A stretch of 64,000 bases of DNA. Source: Myxococcota bacterium. Lineage in GTDB: Bacteria > Myxococcota_A > UBA796 > GCA-2862545. Made by a program: the position numbers and the translations under genes. Shown piece after piece: positions 54,634 to 63,313 of this stretch (the first letter of the stretch is position 1; the number at the start of each line of letters is the position of its first letter). The DNA is taken from positions 30,336 through 94,335 of the forward strand of contig JBCCQY010000012.1 of the NCBI GenBank assembly GCA_039208735.1. Direction: 5' to 3'. The notes under the pieces were generated by a model. It was not told the origin of the DNA. It saw only the letters and a list, made by a program, of their open reading frames with translations, and did no database searches.

Positions 54634-55780
54634 CCTGCCCCGGACGCTGACCGCCGACCTGGCTCGGTTGATTGGCTACAACACGGTGTCGAACCGTCCG
54701 AACGAAGCGCTCGCCGCAGATTTGGCACAACGTGCTGAGGATTTGGGGATGCGCGTGGAGTCGTTCATCGATCCGGATGAACCTGGCAAGCGCTCGGTGA
54801 TCGCCTGGGCCGGCCCCACGCCAAGCGACCAGGACCGAGGCCTGACCATCACCGGTCATCTCGACGTGGTGCCTACCGAGGGGCAGCCCTGGTCGTCGGA
54901 CCCGTTCGTGCTGCGAGAGGACAACGGGCTGCTCTACGGACGAGGAACCGCCGATATGAAGGGCTTCGTCGCGGTGACGATGCGAGCCCTCGCCGACCTC
55001 GATCTCCGCAAGCTGACCGCCCCGTTGGTGTTGGTGTGGACCCACGATGAAGAGGTCGGTTGCTTCGGCTCTGCGAAGCTGGTCGCTGAATTCGCCGAAC
55101 AAGCACGTGTGCTGCCTCGAGCGTGTCTCGTGGGAGAACCGACGGGTTTCGAGATGCTTCGGATGCACCCCGGCCACGTTGCGGGCCGCATCGTCGTGCA
55201 TGGGCAAGCCGCGCACTCCTCACGACCGGACCTAGGCAAAAATGCCATTGAGGGGGCCGCGGAGGTGATTGGCGTGGTCCGTGCACTGGCCGCCACGCTG
55301 AAGGCGGAACCCGCCGACCTACCCGAGATGGAACGACCGTGGGTGGCGGTCAACGTGGCCACGATTACCGGAGGCAGCGCCATCAACATCGTTCCCGACC
55401 GGTGTGTGGTCGAGATCGGGTACCGCCCCCTCCCAGGCACCGAGCCGGACGCCGTCTGGCACCGTCTCGAAGCGGCGTTGGCGGCGCTCCCGCACCTCGA
55501 TTTGACCACGGAACTGGTCCGCGTCACTCCGTCGATGCTCACCCGCTCTGATGCGGAACTGATCGGGGAACTCCTGCCCTTCGCGGCGAGTGGGCACTGC
55601 GGCGCCGCGGGGTTTGCCACCGACGGCGCGAACCTCGCGAAGCTCGGCTGTGCGCCCATCGTGTTTGGTCCGGGTTCGATCGACGTTGCCCATCAGGCTG
55701 ACGAATACGTCCCGTTGGCGGACCTCGTGCGGGGAGTCGACATCGTGAAGACGCTCATCCGGCGGCGGTGCGGTAGCTAG
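54626..55780 (+). CDS. argE: Acetylornithine deacetylase (M20 family)
   Basis: GHLDVVP, GRGTADMKG, DEEVG, GEPT, AHQADE. Confidence 0.88.
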   Translation: MGDLPRTLTADLARLIGYNTVSNRPNEALAADLAQRAEDLGMRVESFIDPDEPGKRSVIAWAGPTPSDQDRGLTITGHLDVVPTEGQPWSSDPFVLREDNGLLYGRGTADMKGFVAVTMRALADLDLRKLTAPLVLVWTHDEEVGCFGSAKLVAEFAEQARVLPRACLVGEPTGFEMLRMHPGHVAGRIVVHGQAAHSSRPDLGKNAIEGAAEVIGVVRALAATLKAEPADLPEMERPWVAVNVATITGGSAINIVPDRCVVEIGYRPLPGTEPDAVWHRLEAALAALPHLDLTTELVRVTPSMLTRSDAELIGELLPFAASGHCGAAGFATDGANLAKLGCAPIVFGPGSIDVAHQADEYVPLADLVRGVDIVKTLIRRRCGS

Positions 55781-57110
55781 TTGCGAAGGCCTGGAGGGCC
55801 GCTTCGACCACGGCCTCCCGCCGAACGTGTCGGCCTTCCGCCACGATACGGGTTCCCCCCACCCAGACGCTGTCCACCCAGCGTGGGGAGGCCTGTCCAA
55901 TGATGGCCTCGAGCGGAGGGACGCCGAGCGCGGAAAGGTCGGTCAAATCGATGGCCACAAGATCGGCAGGGTCGCCTGGAGTTACCCCCAACTCGCGCGG
56001 GAGCCCGAGCGCGCGCGCGCCTTCCGCACTTGCGGCGACAAGGGCGCGCCAGGCGAGGCGACCATCGCCGCCGGCTTGCGGTTGTCCAAGGATCCCCCGT
56101 TGACCCGATTGAGCACGACCATGACCTTCGAGGGTGCGCGCTTCGGCGAACAGATCGATCGTCGCGTGACTGTCGGACCCCAAACAGAGTGGCAAACGGC
56201 GACGCGCGTCGACGGGAAGAAAGCCATCGGCAAGGTCGAGTTCGGTCGAAGGACAAACACAGACCCGAGCCCGGGCGGCGACGAGGCAATCCACATCGCC
56301 CGGTTCGGGCCAGGTGAGGTGAACGGCCGTGAACCGGTCATGCACCAGGCCACAGTCCGCCAGCAGCTGGGTGGGGGAGCATTGAGATTGCGCGTGGCAA
56401 AACGCGTTCTCCGCGGGTTGCTCAGACACATGCGTGTGGATCACCCCGTCAAACGACGCGAGTGTCCGGAGGCTTGATGGCGGGACGGCCCGCACGGAGT
56501 GGGGAGCAAGACCGATAATGACATCCTCGTCTGTCCCGTAGACCCTTCGCAGTCGCTCCGTGGCGGCCAGCACGGGGGCGCCACCGGTGTCGATGAACCG
56601 CCGTTGCACGGGATGTAACGGTTGATCTCCGTTTCGTTCGTAGGCCACGCGCAACAAGGTGATTCGAATTCCGGCCCGTCGCGCGGCGGCGATCACACGA
56701 TGGGCGAGTTCGTCAGGGTCTGCGTAGGGCGAGCCGTCGGGCTGGTGGTGCACGTAGTGAAATTCGCCAACGTGCGTAATGCCCGACTCCGCCATTTCGG
56801 TGAACGCGAGCGCGCTGATCGCTTCGATTGCGTTTGGATCGAGGCCGCCGACAAGGGCGTACATCCGGTCGCGCCAATGCCAGAAATCGGTCGCCGAACC
56901 ATCGGGAAGTTGGCCTCGTAACGCCCTTTGAAACGCGTGGCTGTGCGCATTGACAAGGCCAGGGATGAGGACCCGTCCCGGAAGCGGAACGTCGATAGGC
57001 CCCGGCGGAAATTTGGTCACCGAAGTCACAAGGCCATTGTCGACCACAACGACGTGATCACGAACAAAGCCGGATGCTGTAAGGACGGCGTCAGGGGCCA
57101 GGGTCGGCAT
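55755..57110 (-). CDS. hutF: Formimidoylglutamate deiminase
   Basis: NAHSHAFQR, EFHYVHH, APHSVRAV, HVSEQ, CPSTE.DLADG, GSDSH. Confidence 0.92.
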   Translation of the reverse strand: MPTLAPDAVLTASGFVRDHVVVVDNGLVTSVTKFPPGPIDVPLPGRVLIPGLVNAHSHAFQRALRGQLPDGSATDFWHWRDRMYALVGGLDPNAIEAISALAFTEMAESGITHVGEFHYVHHQPDGSPYADPDELAHRVIAAARRAGIRITLLRVAYERNGDQPLHPVQRRFIDTGGAPVLAATERLRRVYGTDEDVIIGLAPHSVRAVPPSSLRTLASFDGVIHTHVSEQPAENAFCHAQSQCSPTQLLADCGLVHDRFTAVHLTWPEPGDVDCLVAARARVCVCPSTELDLADGFLPVDARRRLPLCLGSDSHATIDLFAEARTLEGHGRAQSGQRGILGQPQAGGDGRLAWRALVAASAEGARALGLPRELGVTPGDPADLVAIDLTDLSALGVPPLEAIIGQASPRWVDSVWVGGTRIVAEGRHVRREAVVEAALQAFATSYRTAAG

Positions 57111-57142
57111 GGGAAAGTCCTGCGTGCTACCTGGGGGCGGGA

Positions 57143-57823
57143 GTGAGCGTGGCGCGACCATCATCGACGATCGATCGCCTGTTTGCGAGGCTCGAGGCCG
57201 CCGCAGACGGACGCCCAGGCGACCCTGGATTTGTCCGCCGGCATGTCACCGGAATGGGCAAGGTCGTCACGGGTGAAGGGGTCCAGACGCTTGTGGATCG
57301 GGTTGGCGCCAGGGCATTTACCACGGACCGGGGCACGATCGCGATTCCCGAACTTCGAGCCAATGACCCCGAGAACGTCGCCCTTCTCTTCCACGAGTTC
57401 TTCCACCAGCGCGACGGTCATGCGCACGGCGGTGAGGCCGAGGAGCGCAAAGCCCAAGCGCAAGAGGCGATGGTCTACCACCTTGCCCATGACGAAGGGG
57501 TGACCGACATCGGCGCCATCTTGTCCCGGCTCGAAGGAGAACGCGACGCTTGGCTCGAGAGCGCTCACGACCAGCCTGGAGGGGTCGTGCAGGGCGTTCG
57601 TGCGTCGCCGAAGGGCCAAGAAGTGCGGAAGGCCGACGCGAAGCCGGAGCCGGCAACGAAGGCCCCTGGCAAACTTCGGGGTCCCGATGCAATGAAAGCC
57701 CTGCTCGATGCCGGGTACAGTCGGCATGGCATCGTGCGTGAACTCGTGACCCGCTGGCGCCGGATGTCGAAGGAAGAGCGCCGTTTGTGGGCGTACCGAT
57801 TTGCCGGACGGACCGCCACGTGA
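57143..57823 (+). CDS. DUF4157 (eCIS core)-like HExxH protein
   Basis: VGARAFTT...ALLFHEFFHQ...EERKA; stop overlaps the ATPase start. Confidence 0.65.
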   Translation: MSVARPSSTIDRLFARLEAAADGRPGDPGFVRRHVTGMGKVVTGEGVQTLVDRVGARAFTTDRGTIAIPELRANDPENVALLFHEFFHQRDGHAHGGEAEERKAQAQEAMVYHLAHDEGVTDIGAILSRLEGERDAWLESAHDQPGGVVQGVRASPKGQEVRKADAKPEPATKAPGKLRGPDAMKALLDAGYSRHGIVRELVTRWRRMSKEERRLWAYRFAGRTAT

Positions 57824-59979
57824 CCGACGGAAGTGGTGATGGCCCGACGCAGCCCCCACCGGAAGGCTCGGGAGGGCCCTCGGCGAGCCCCTTCCAAGAT
57901 CTCGCCCGACGCCTGCGGCGAACCGACTTGCTGCTGCTTCGTGCGGTGCGCCGGCAGCGCGCACGCCCCGCGGTGCGAGCCAAAGGACAGTTTTGGGGCA
58001 CCGTCATCACCGACGATGAGGTCGATGAACTGCTTCGGGCGCACGGAGAGGTCGACTACCCCGTCGGGGTCGATGGACTCGAAGACGCGATGGCGGCCTC
58101 GACCGGCTACCGCGATGCCCCCGGCCACCGATTTGGCGCGTTGCGAGCCACCTTTGATCTCGATGGCGATGAGGCCGATCTAGTTCTGTTGTCGGTCGCT
58201 CCGGAGATTAGCACTGGCTACGCCAAGATCTTTGCCTACCTCAACGACAACCTGAATCAGGCTTTTCTCACGGTCGATCTCGCGACGCGCATTCTTCGCC
58301 AGCGTCGTCGCGAACGCCTCGCCCTGCAATCGCGGCTCCTCCCGGGGGCCCGCCTCGTACGGCATCGACTGCTGCTTCTCAACCCGCCCGACGGCATGGA
58401 CACCCACGCCTCGCGGCGCGTCCATCCCTCGCCGCAGCTGCTGCAATGGCTGTTCGGTCAGCAACCGGTAGGGCTCGAAGCCGGAGCGACGCGAATCGAT
58501 GTGTCCCGGGAGCCGTTTGTGCCTGGCTCGACGATCGAACGGCTGGTGCACATCGATGAAGCGCTGAAGGGACCGGTCACCGTGGCCATTGTCGGTGGCA
58601 CCTCGGGCATGCGCGAAGGGGTCGCCATGGCGGTGGCCCGCCAGGCGAAGCGCCCCCTGGTCCGCGTCGATCTTGAACGATGCAAACGCTACCTGCAGCA
58701 TCCGTTCGATCTGACACGCGATCTGATGCTCGAAGGTGCGTTGCCCTACCTCGTCAACGTTCCGGATACGACCGACGAGCCCGCCCTGCGCATGCAAATG
58801 ATGGGGGTCGGAACCGCACTGGCCGCATTGCCGTTCCCGGTCTGTGTCGGGGGCAATGACCGACGGGCCGTGGCCATGATGCTCGGTGTAGACCGCCCCG
58901 GACTCACCGTGCCAGTCGGTCGCTCGACGTCCGACGAACGCACGCGGGCTTGGGTGACAGCGATGACCCGTCGCGGTTGGCCGAACGTAGAGGTGTCCGC
59001 CGACGATGTGGCGGAACGGTTCTATTCGATTGGGGGCACCACCATCGAACGGGTGCTCGACCGAGCGACCGCAGAGGCTGGAGGGCATCCTCCTGACCTC
59101 GAAACCCTTTGGTCGGCCGCGCGAGAGGCCGCGCGACCCGAACTTAGCGGGCTCGCGCAACGCATCGTGCCCCGGTACCGTTGGGAAGATCTCGTACTTC
59201 CCGACAAGATCATGGCCCAGCTTCGCCATCTGGAGCGGTACCTTGCCGAGCAAGAGACGGTCATGCAGCGGTGGGGCGCCCAGGCGGTGCGTCCCCGTGG
59301 CTATGGGCTCAAAGTCCTGTTCTCAGGCGCGCCGGGAACCGGCAAGACGATGTGTGCCGAGGTCATTGCCGGCGCCTTGGGTCTCGATCTCTTCAAGGTC
59401 GACCTCTCGGCCGTCATCAGCCGTTGGGTTGGGGAGACCGAAAAGAACCTCCGAGAGATCTTCGACGCGGCCGAGGGCGGTAGTTCGGTCGTGCTGTTCG
59501 ACGAGGCGGACGCGTTGTTTGGTGCGCGAGGCGATGTGAAGCAAGCCCAAGATCGCTTCGCCAACCAAGAAGTCAGCTTCTTGCTGCAGCGTCTCGAGGT
59601 GTTCGAGGGCTGTGCGGTGCTCACCACCAACCTACAAGAGAACATTGACCCTGCGTTTTTGCGGCGCTTTGGAGCGGTGGTGGAGTTTCCGCTGCCCTCG
59701 GTGGCGGAGCGTCTTCGGTTGTGGGAGCGGGCCGTGCCCGCGAACGCTCCCCGGAGCCCCGACCTCGATCTGGCCTATCTTGCGCAGCAGTTCTCGTTGG
59801 CGGGTGGTTCCATCGTGAACGCGGCCATTCACGGGTGCATCACGGCGAGTGCAGAGCGTGTTCCCCTAGGCATGCGCCACATCGTCGAGGCGGTGGCTCG
59901 CGAGTTGCACAAGAACGGCAAGCAGGTGAACCGCGTGCACTTTGGCGACTTCTACGACGACATCGCCCACCTGTTTTGA
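57820..59979 (+). CDS. CIS AAA+ ATPase (Afp15/Pvc15-like)
   Basis: APE...Y..IFAYLND N-domain, GAPGTGKT, VGETEKNL, FDEADALFG, DRFANQEV, AFLRR; first AAA module degenerate. Confidence 0.9.
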   Translation: MTDGSGDGPTQPPPEGSGGPSASPFQDLARRLRRTDLLLLRAVRRQRARPAVRAKGQFWGTVITDDEVDELLRAHGEVDYPVGVDGLEDAMAASTGYRDAPGHRFGALRATFDLDGDEADLVLLSVAPEISTGYAKIFAYLNDNLNQAFLTVDLATRILRQRRRERLALQSRLLPGARLVRHRLLLLNPPDGMDTHASRRVHPSPQLLQWLFGQQPVGLEAGATRIDVSREPFVPGSTIERLVHIDEALKGPVTVAIVGGTSGMREGVAMAVARQAKRPLVRVDLERCKRYLQHPFDLTRDLMLEGALPYLVNVPDTTDEPALRMQMMGVGTALAALPFPVCVGGNDRRAVAMMLGVDRPGLTVPVGRSTSDERTRAWVTAMTRRGWPNVEVSADDVAERFYSIGGTTIERVLDRATAEAGGHPPDLETLWSAAREAARPELSGLAQRIVPRYRWEDLVLPDKIMAQLRHLERYLAEQETVMQRWGAQAVRPRGYGLKVLFSGAPGTGKTMCAEVIAGALGLDLFKVDLSAVISRWVGETEKNLREIFDAAEGGSSVVLFDEADALFGARGDVKQAQDRFANQEVSFLLQRLEVFEGCAVLTTNLQENIDPAFLRRFGAVVEFPLPSVAERLRLWERAVPANAPRSPDLDLAYLAQQFSLAGGSIVNAAIHGCITASAERVPLGMRHIVEAVARELHKNGKQVNRVHFGDFYDDIAHLF

Positions 59980-59983
59980 CGGT

Positions 59984-61264
59984 TCACCCGGTGCGAAAGT
60001 CGAAGTAGATGCTGCCCGCGCCCAGTGCGGTGCCTCCTCGCACCAATTCGGGACTCAAGGTGCCCCCGAGCGGCAGATGGGCAGAGGGACCAGGCAGATA
60101 CACGCCTTGGACGCCGAATTGTGAAAGCCTGGCGCAGAGGCGGTCGCTCACCGGGCGCACGAACAGCCCGCCTCCGGTGAGGATCAAGGTGTCTACTCGA
60201 TCGTAGCCGCGGTCGGTGAGGAACGTCTCCACGAGATGAGCGACTTCGGCAGCAAAGGACCACAGCACCGTTTCGACAACGTCGGACTCCTCGCCTTGGC
60301 CCAACGTTTGTCCGTTGGCCAGGGTGTAGGGGCGTCGTTCGCCGTACAAGGTGCGGTGGACGGCTTCGAGCCTCCGGGAGTCGGGGTGGCGCAGGATCGA
60401 CAGGAGCCCAAGGCCCTTGTCTTCAGGCAGCTGCCCGATCAAGCGACGGTCGAGTTCCGCGATTCCCATGACCCAGGACTGTGCGGCAAGGCGAGGTTTA
60501 CCCTGCAGTTCGCCTTCGAGCGGTGCATCGAGCACCTCGACGTCGAACCCGATCATCGCGCAGTCGGTTGTGAAGCCACCGAGGTCGACGACGAGAGCCC
60601 AGTGGTCCGCCAGATCGGACTTCTCGAGGGTTCGTGCGCGAACCGCGTCCAAGAACGTGCTGTCTTCGAACATCTTGCCGAGCTGGGGACGAGGCTTGGC
60701 CTGGGGATCAGGCTGCCAGACGATGTTGCGACCCCGACTGAACACGCCAATGGCATTGGCGACGGGCTCGGCAATGAGGGGAGCCGTGGCTGCAGGATGG
60801 AAGCCCGCCTCGCTCATGATTCCGAGCAGTGATCGCTGGACGTCTTCGCCAATGGGCAAAGCTGGAATGGCGAGCCGGGTGGTGGCTTGGTCGAGGTCGA
60901 GGTCAAGACGAGCGGCCACCGAAGGCAAGAACTCGTGTCGCAACCAGCGGAAGTAGCCAAGCGCGAGACCTCGATGCAGATCGCCCGCATCGAGGGCCTT
61001 CGACAGCAGTTCGGGTTTCCAGTTGCGGTAGACGTCGATTTGCGAGGAACCATTGTCGAGTTTGGCCACGTCGGAGCCGAACCACCAGTGGTCGTGCCCG
61101 CGCCGAAGCGCATGTGCGGCCACGGTGGGGATGCTGATGTCGAGTCCTCCATTCAGGCCCAGGTTCGGATCCTGGGCCAACACCGCGTCCTCGCCGAGTT
61201 CCCGGCGAAGGGCGACCTTGGTGTAGGCGGTGCCGAGGTCGATGCTGATCAGGCTGTCGTTCAT
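59984..61264 (-). CDS. Hsp70/actin-fold ATPase, nucleotide-binding domain only
   Basis: IDLGTAYTKV, AEPVANA, VDLGGFTTD, LTGGG. Confidence 0.8.
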   Translation of the reverse strand: MNDSLISIDLGTAYTKVALRRELGEDAVLAQDPNLGLNGGLDISIPTVAAHALRRGHDHWWFGSDVAKLDNGSSQIDVYRNWKPELLSKALDAGDLHRGLALGYFRWLRHEFLPSVAARLDLDLDQATTRLAIPALPIGEDVQRSLLGIMSEAGFHPAATAPLIAEPVANAIGVFSRGRNIVWQPDPQAKPRPQLGKMFEDSTFLDAVRARTLEKSDLADHWALVVDLGGFTTDCAMIGFDVEVLDAPLEGELQGKPRLAAQSWVMGIAELDRRLIGQLPEDKGLGLLSILRHPDSRRLEAVHRTLYGERRPYTLANGQTLGQGEESDVVETVLWSFAAEVAHLVETFLTDRGYDRVDTLILTGGGLFVRPVSDRLCARLSQFGVQGVYLPGPSAHLPLGGTLSPELVRGGTALGAGSIYFDFRTG

Positions 61265-62055
61265 GTGGCGGCTCGTACTCGGGCTTTGACGATCACTACC
61301 CGCCGTTGCGCGGTGCCGTGAACCCAACCGGGCTCCACCACCAGGGCGGGCTCGTCGGGAAAGAGATCATCTTCGGTATCGTGGAAGCGGCCGTCAAACC
61401 GCACGGTTTCGTTAGGTTCGCCGAGGCGTTCCGCCCCGATATTGACAAGCACGCGCTCGAGGGGAGCTCGAACGGACGCATTCGGCGCGTCCGCCCAGGC
61501 GAACGCAAGTTCATGAAGCACGGCCGGCTCGGGCGGCGGACTGGCGGCTGTGGCGGGTCGAGGTGGGGCGATGCCCAATACGGCTTCGACGATGGCCGTC
61601 TCTTCGAGGCCTGCATTCGTCAAACGCTCCCGTACTTTTCGATACTGGGCCCGCAGGGTCCGCACGTAGGGCTCGGGGTTGGGCGGCCGGGTCGCCAAGC
61701 GTGGGGCCCGGTGGCGGGCGGTTCCCGGCCACAGCCAGATCCCTGGCTCGCTCCGAAGCCGATTGAACAGCGTTTGTCGAACCGAACGCGGAAGGGTGGG
61801 ATCGGCATCCGACAACAGGGCAAACACGTCTTGTCGACTCCGGGGTCGCTCATCGAGCCGAGCCCGCAACAGCGCGAGGTGGTGTTCAACCTCGTCACGG
61901 TCCCAGAAACGGCGCCGACTGCAGGGGTGGAGCACACCTCGCTCGACGAGTCGCTCGAGATCGGCGCGGCAAACATCGGGCACCTCTGCCTTCAGCTCGC
62001 GAAGCGTCATCGGACGGTCCGTCCGACCAAACGCTTTGAGGATCTCAGACCTCAT
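61261..62055 (-). CDS. Winged-helix-like protein with C-terminal GrpE-like beta domain
   Basis: PMTLRELK...LERLVERGVL; GEPNETVRFDGRFH...VVEPGW...VIVKARV. Confidence 0.6.
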   Translation of the reverse strand: MRSEILKAFGRTDRPMTLRELKAEVPDVCRADLERLVERGVLHPCSRRRFWDRDEVEHHLALLRARLDERPRSRQDVFALLSDADPTLPRSVRQTLFNRLRSEPGIWLWPGTARHRAPRLATRPPNPEPYVRTLRAQYRKVRERLTNAGLEETAIVEAVLGIAPPRPATAASPPPEPAVLHELAFAWADAPNASVRAPLERVLVNIGAERLGEPNETVRFDGRFHDTEDDLFPDEPALVVEPGWVHGTAQRRVVIVKARVRAAT

Positions 62056-62233
62056 CGACCCAAAAACTCCCGAACTGGCTCCGGATCGACGTGGTGCCGA
62101 TCGACCCAACAGGCGTAGCACGCTTGGGGGCCGTCGGTCGATTGCGATGGAATCGTTGGACCCCTGTGCCGAAGGGAAGAAGAGACCCGATTTCCAGGGA
62201 CACGATTTGCTTTCCGAAGAAACCCGGCCCGGG

Positions 62234-62926
62234 ATGATGATCCAGGACGACTGGTCTGACCTCACGTATGAGGCTCGGACGCAGCTCGACAGCATCATTG
62301 GGTTCTCGGAGATGCTGTCGGAGGATGAGTCCCAGTCGGCGGAGGCCCTCGACGATCTCGACCAGATCCACCAGGCCGCCCTGCGGGTGCTCCAACTCGT
62401 GAGTCGACTCGAAGCGCATGTAAATGCCACTCGTGAACAGGCGACCCTCGATCCGCTCACCGGCATTGCGAATCGTCGGTTCTTCGAGGAACGCTGCGAA
62501 CTCATGTTTTCGCAGTCCCCTCCTGTGGACTTCTCGGTGGTGCTCATCGATCTCGACAAGTTCAAGCACGTCAATGACACCTACGGCCACCTCGTTGGAG
62601 ACGACGTTCTGAAGGCGGTCGTGGGGCGCTGTCGCGCTGCCGTGCGGGACAGTGACATGGTGGCGCGTCTGGCGGGTGACGAGTTTGTCGTACTGCTGTC
62701 GAGTGCCGCGCCCGGTGAGGCGGTCACCATTGCGGCGCGCATTCGCGATTCGGTAGCCGGAGCGCCATTGTCGACCCGAAAGGGTGATTTACCCGTCACG
62801 GTGAGCGTTGGCGTGGCCAATCGTCGAGCGGAAGACGGCTCAATTACCGATGTCATCGAACGGGCCGACCGGGCCATGTATCGGTCGAAGAACCAGGGCC
62901 GCGACATGGTGTCGGTCGCCGATTGA
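62234..62926 (+). CDS. Diguanylate cyclase with N-terminal HisKA-like helices (start may be 62147)
   Basis: DPLTGIANRR, DLDKFKHVNDTYGH..GD, RDSD I-site, AGDEF, YRSKNQGR. Confidence 0.88.
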   Translation: MMIQDDWSDLTYEARTQLDSIIGFSEMLSEDESQSAEALDDLDQIHQAALRVLQLVSRLEAHVNATREQATLDPLTGIANRRFFEERCELMFSQSPPVDFSVVLIDLDKFKHVNDTYGHLVGDDVLKAVVGRCRAAVRDSDMVARLAGDEFVVLLSSAAPGEAVTIAARIRDSVAGAPLSTRKGDLPVTVSVGVANRRAEDGSITDVIERADRAMYRSKNQGRDMVSVAD

Positions 62927-62935
62927 CCGCGTTCG

Positions 62936-63253
62936 CTACTCGCAGCGCAGGGTCATGTTCGCGCGACGACAGAGGAGTTGGCTCGATCGTCCAACGCGGA
63001 ATTCCCCACGAAGGGGCATCGCGGCCGTCCACGGTGCTTCGATGAAGCATTGAAGGCTTGCTGGCGCAAACGCCACCACCTCGCCTTTCGCGTGGACCGT
63101 GTCCTCTCCGCCGCAGTACACCGCCACGGTTTGCGCACCCGGAACGTGGACCGTGATGAGCGCAGGGGTGTTTTGGGCTACCGCGGCCGACAACCCCAGT
63201 CCCACCACAATGAGCATTCCCCCGAAGGTGGCGGCCAGCGCTCGACGCGTCAT
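62936..63253 (-). CDS. Small secreted 4-Cys protein
   Basis: Signal peptide, GGAGG RBS, four cysteines. Confidence 0.65.
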   Translation of the reverse strand: MTRRALAATFGGMLIVVGLGLSAAVAQNTPALITVHVPGAQTVAVYCGGEDTVHAKGEVVAFAPASLQCFIEAPWTAAMPLRGEFRVGRSSQLLCRRANMTLRCE

Positions 63254-63313
63254 CGGATCCTCCTGCGCGGGGATCGGCGTCGGATGTGGGGCTCTGAAGT
63301 GCGATCGGCCCGG

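Noticed and set aside
37573..59979. Canonical T6SS
   Set aside because: No TssJLM, TssK, TssB/C pair, Hcp or ClpV; the tube is gp19-like and the sheaths are single-chain.
59984..61264. Housekeeping dnaK or mreB
   Set aside because: No substrate-binding domain, divergent motifs, and no dnaJ/hrcA or mreCD context.
61261..62580. 439-aa version of the GrpE-like gene and 415-aa version of the cyclase
   Set aside because: Each extension is antisense to the other gene; the shorter starts remove the overlap.
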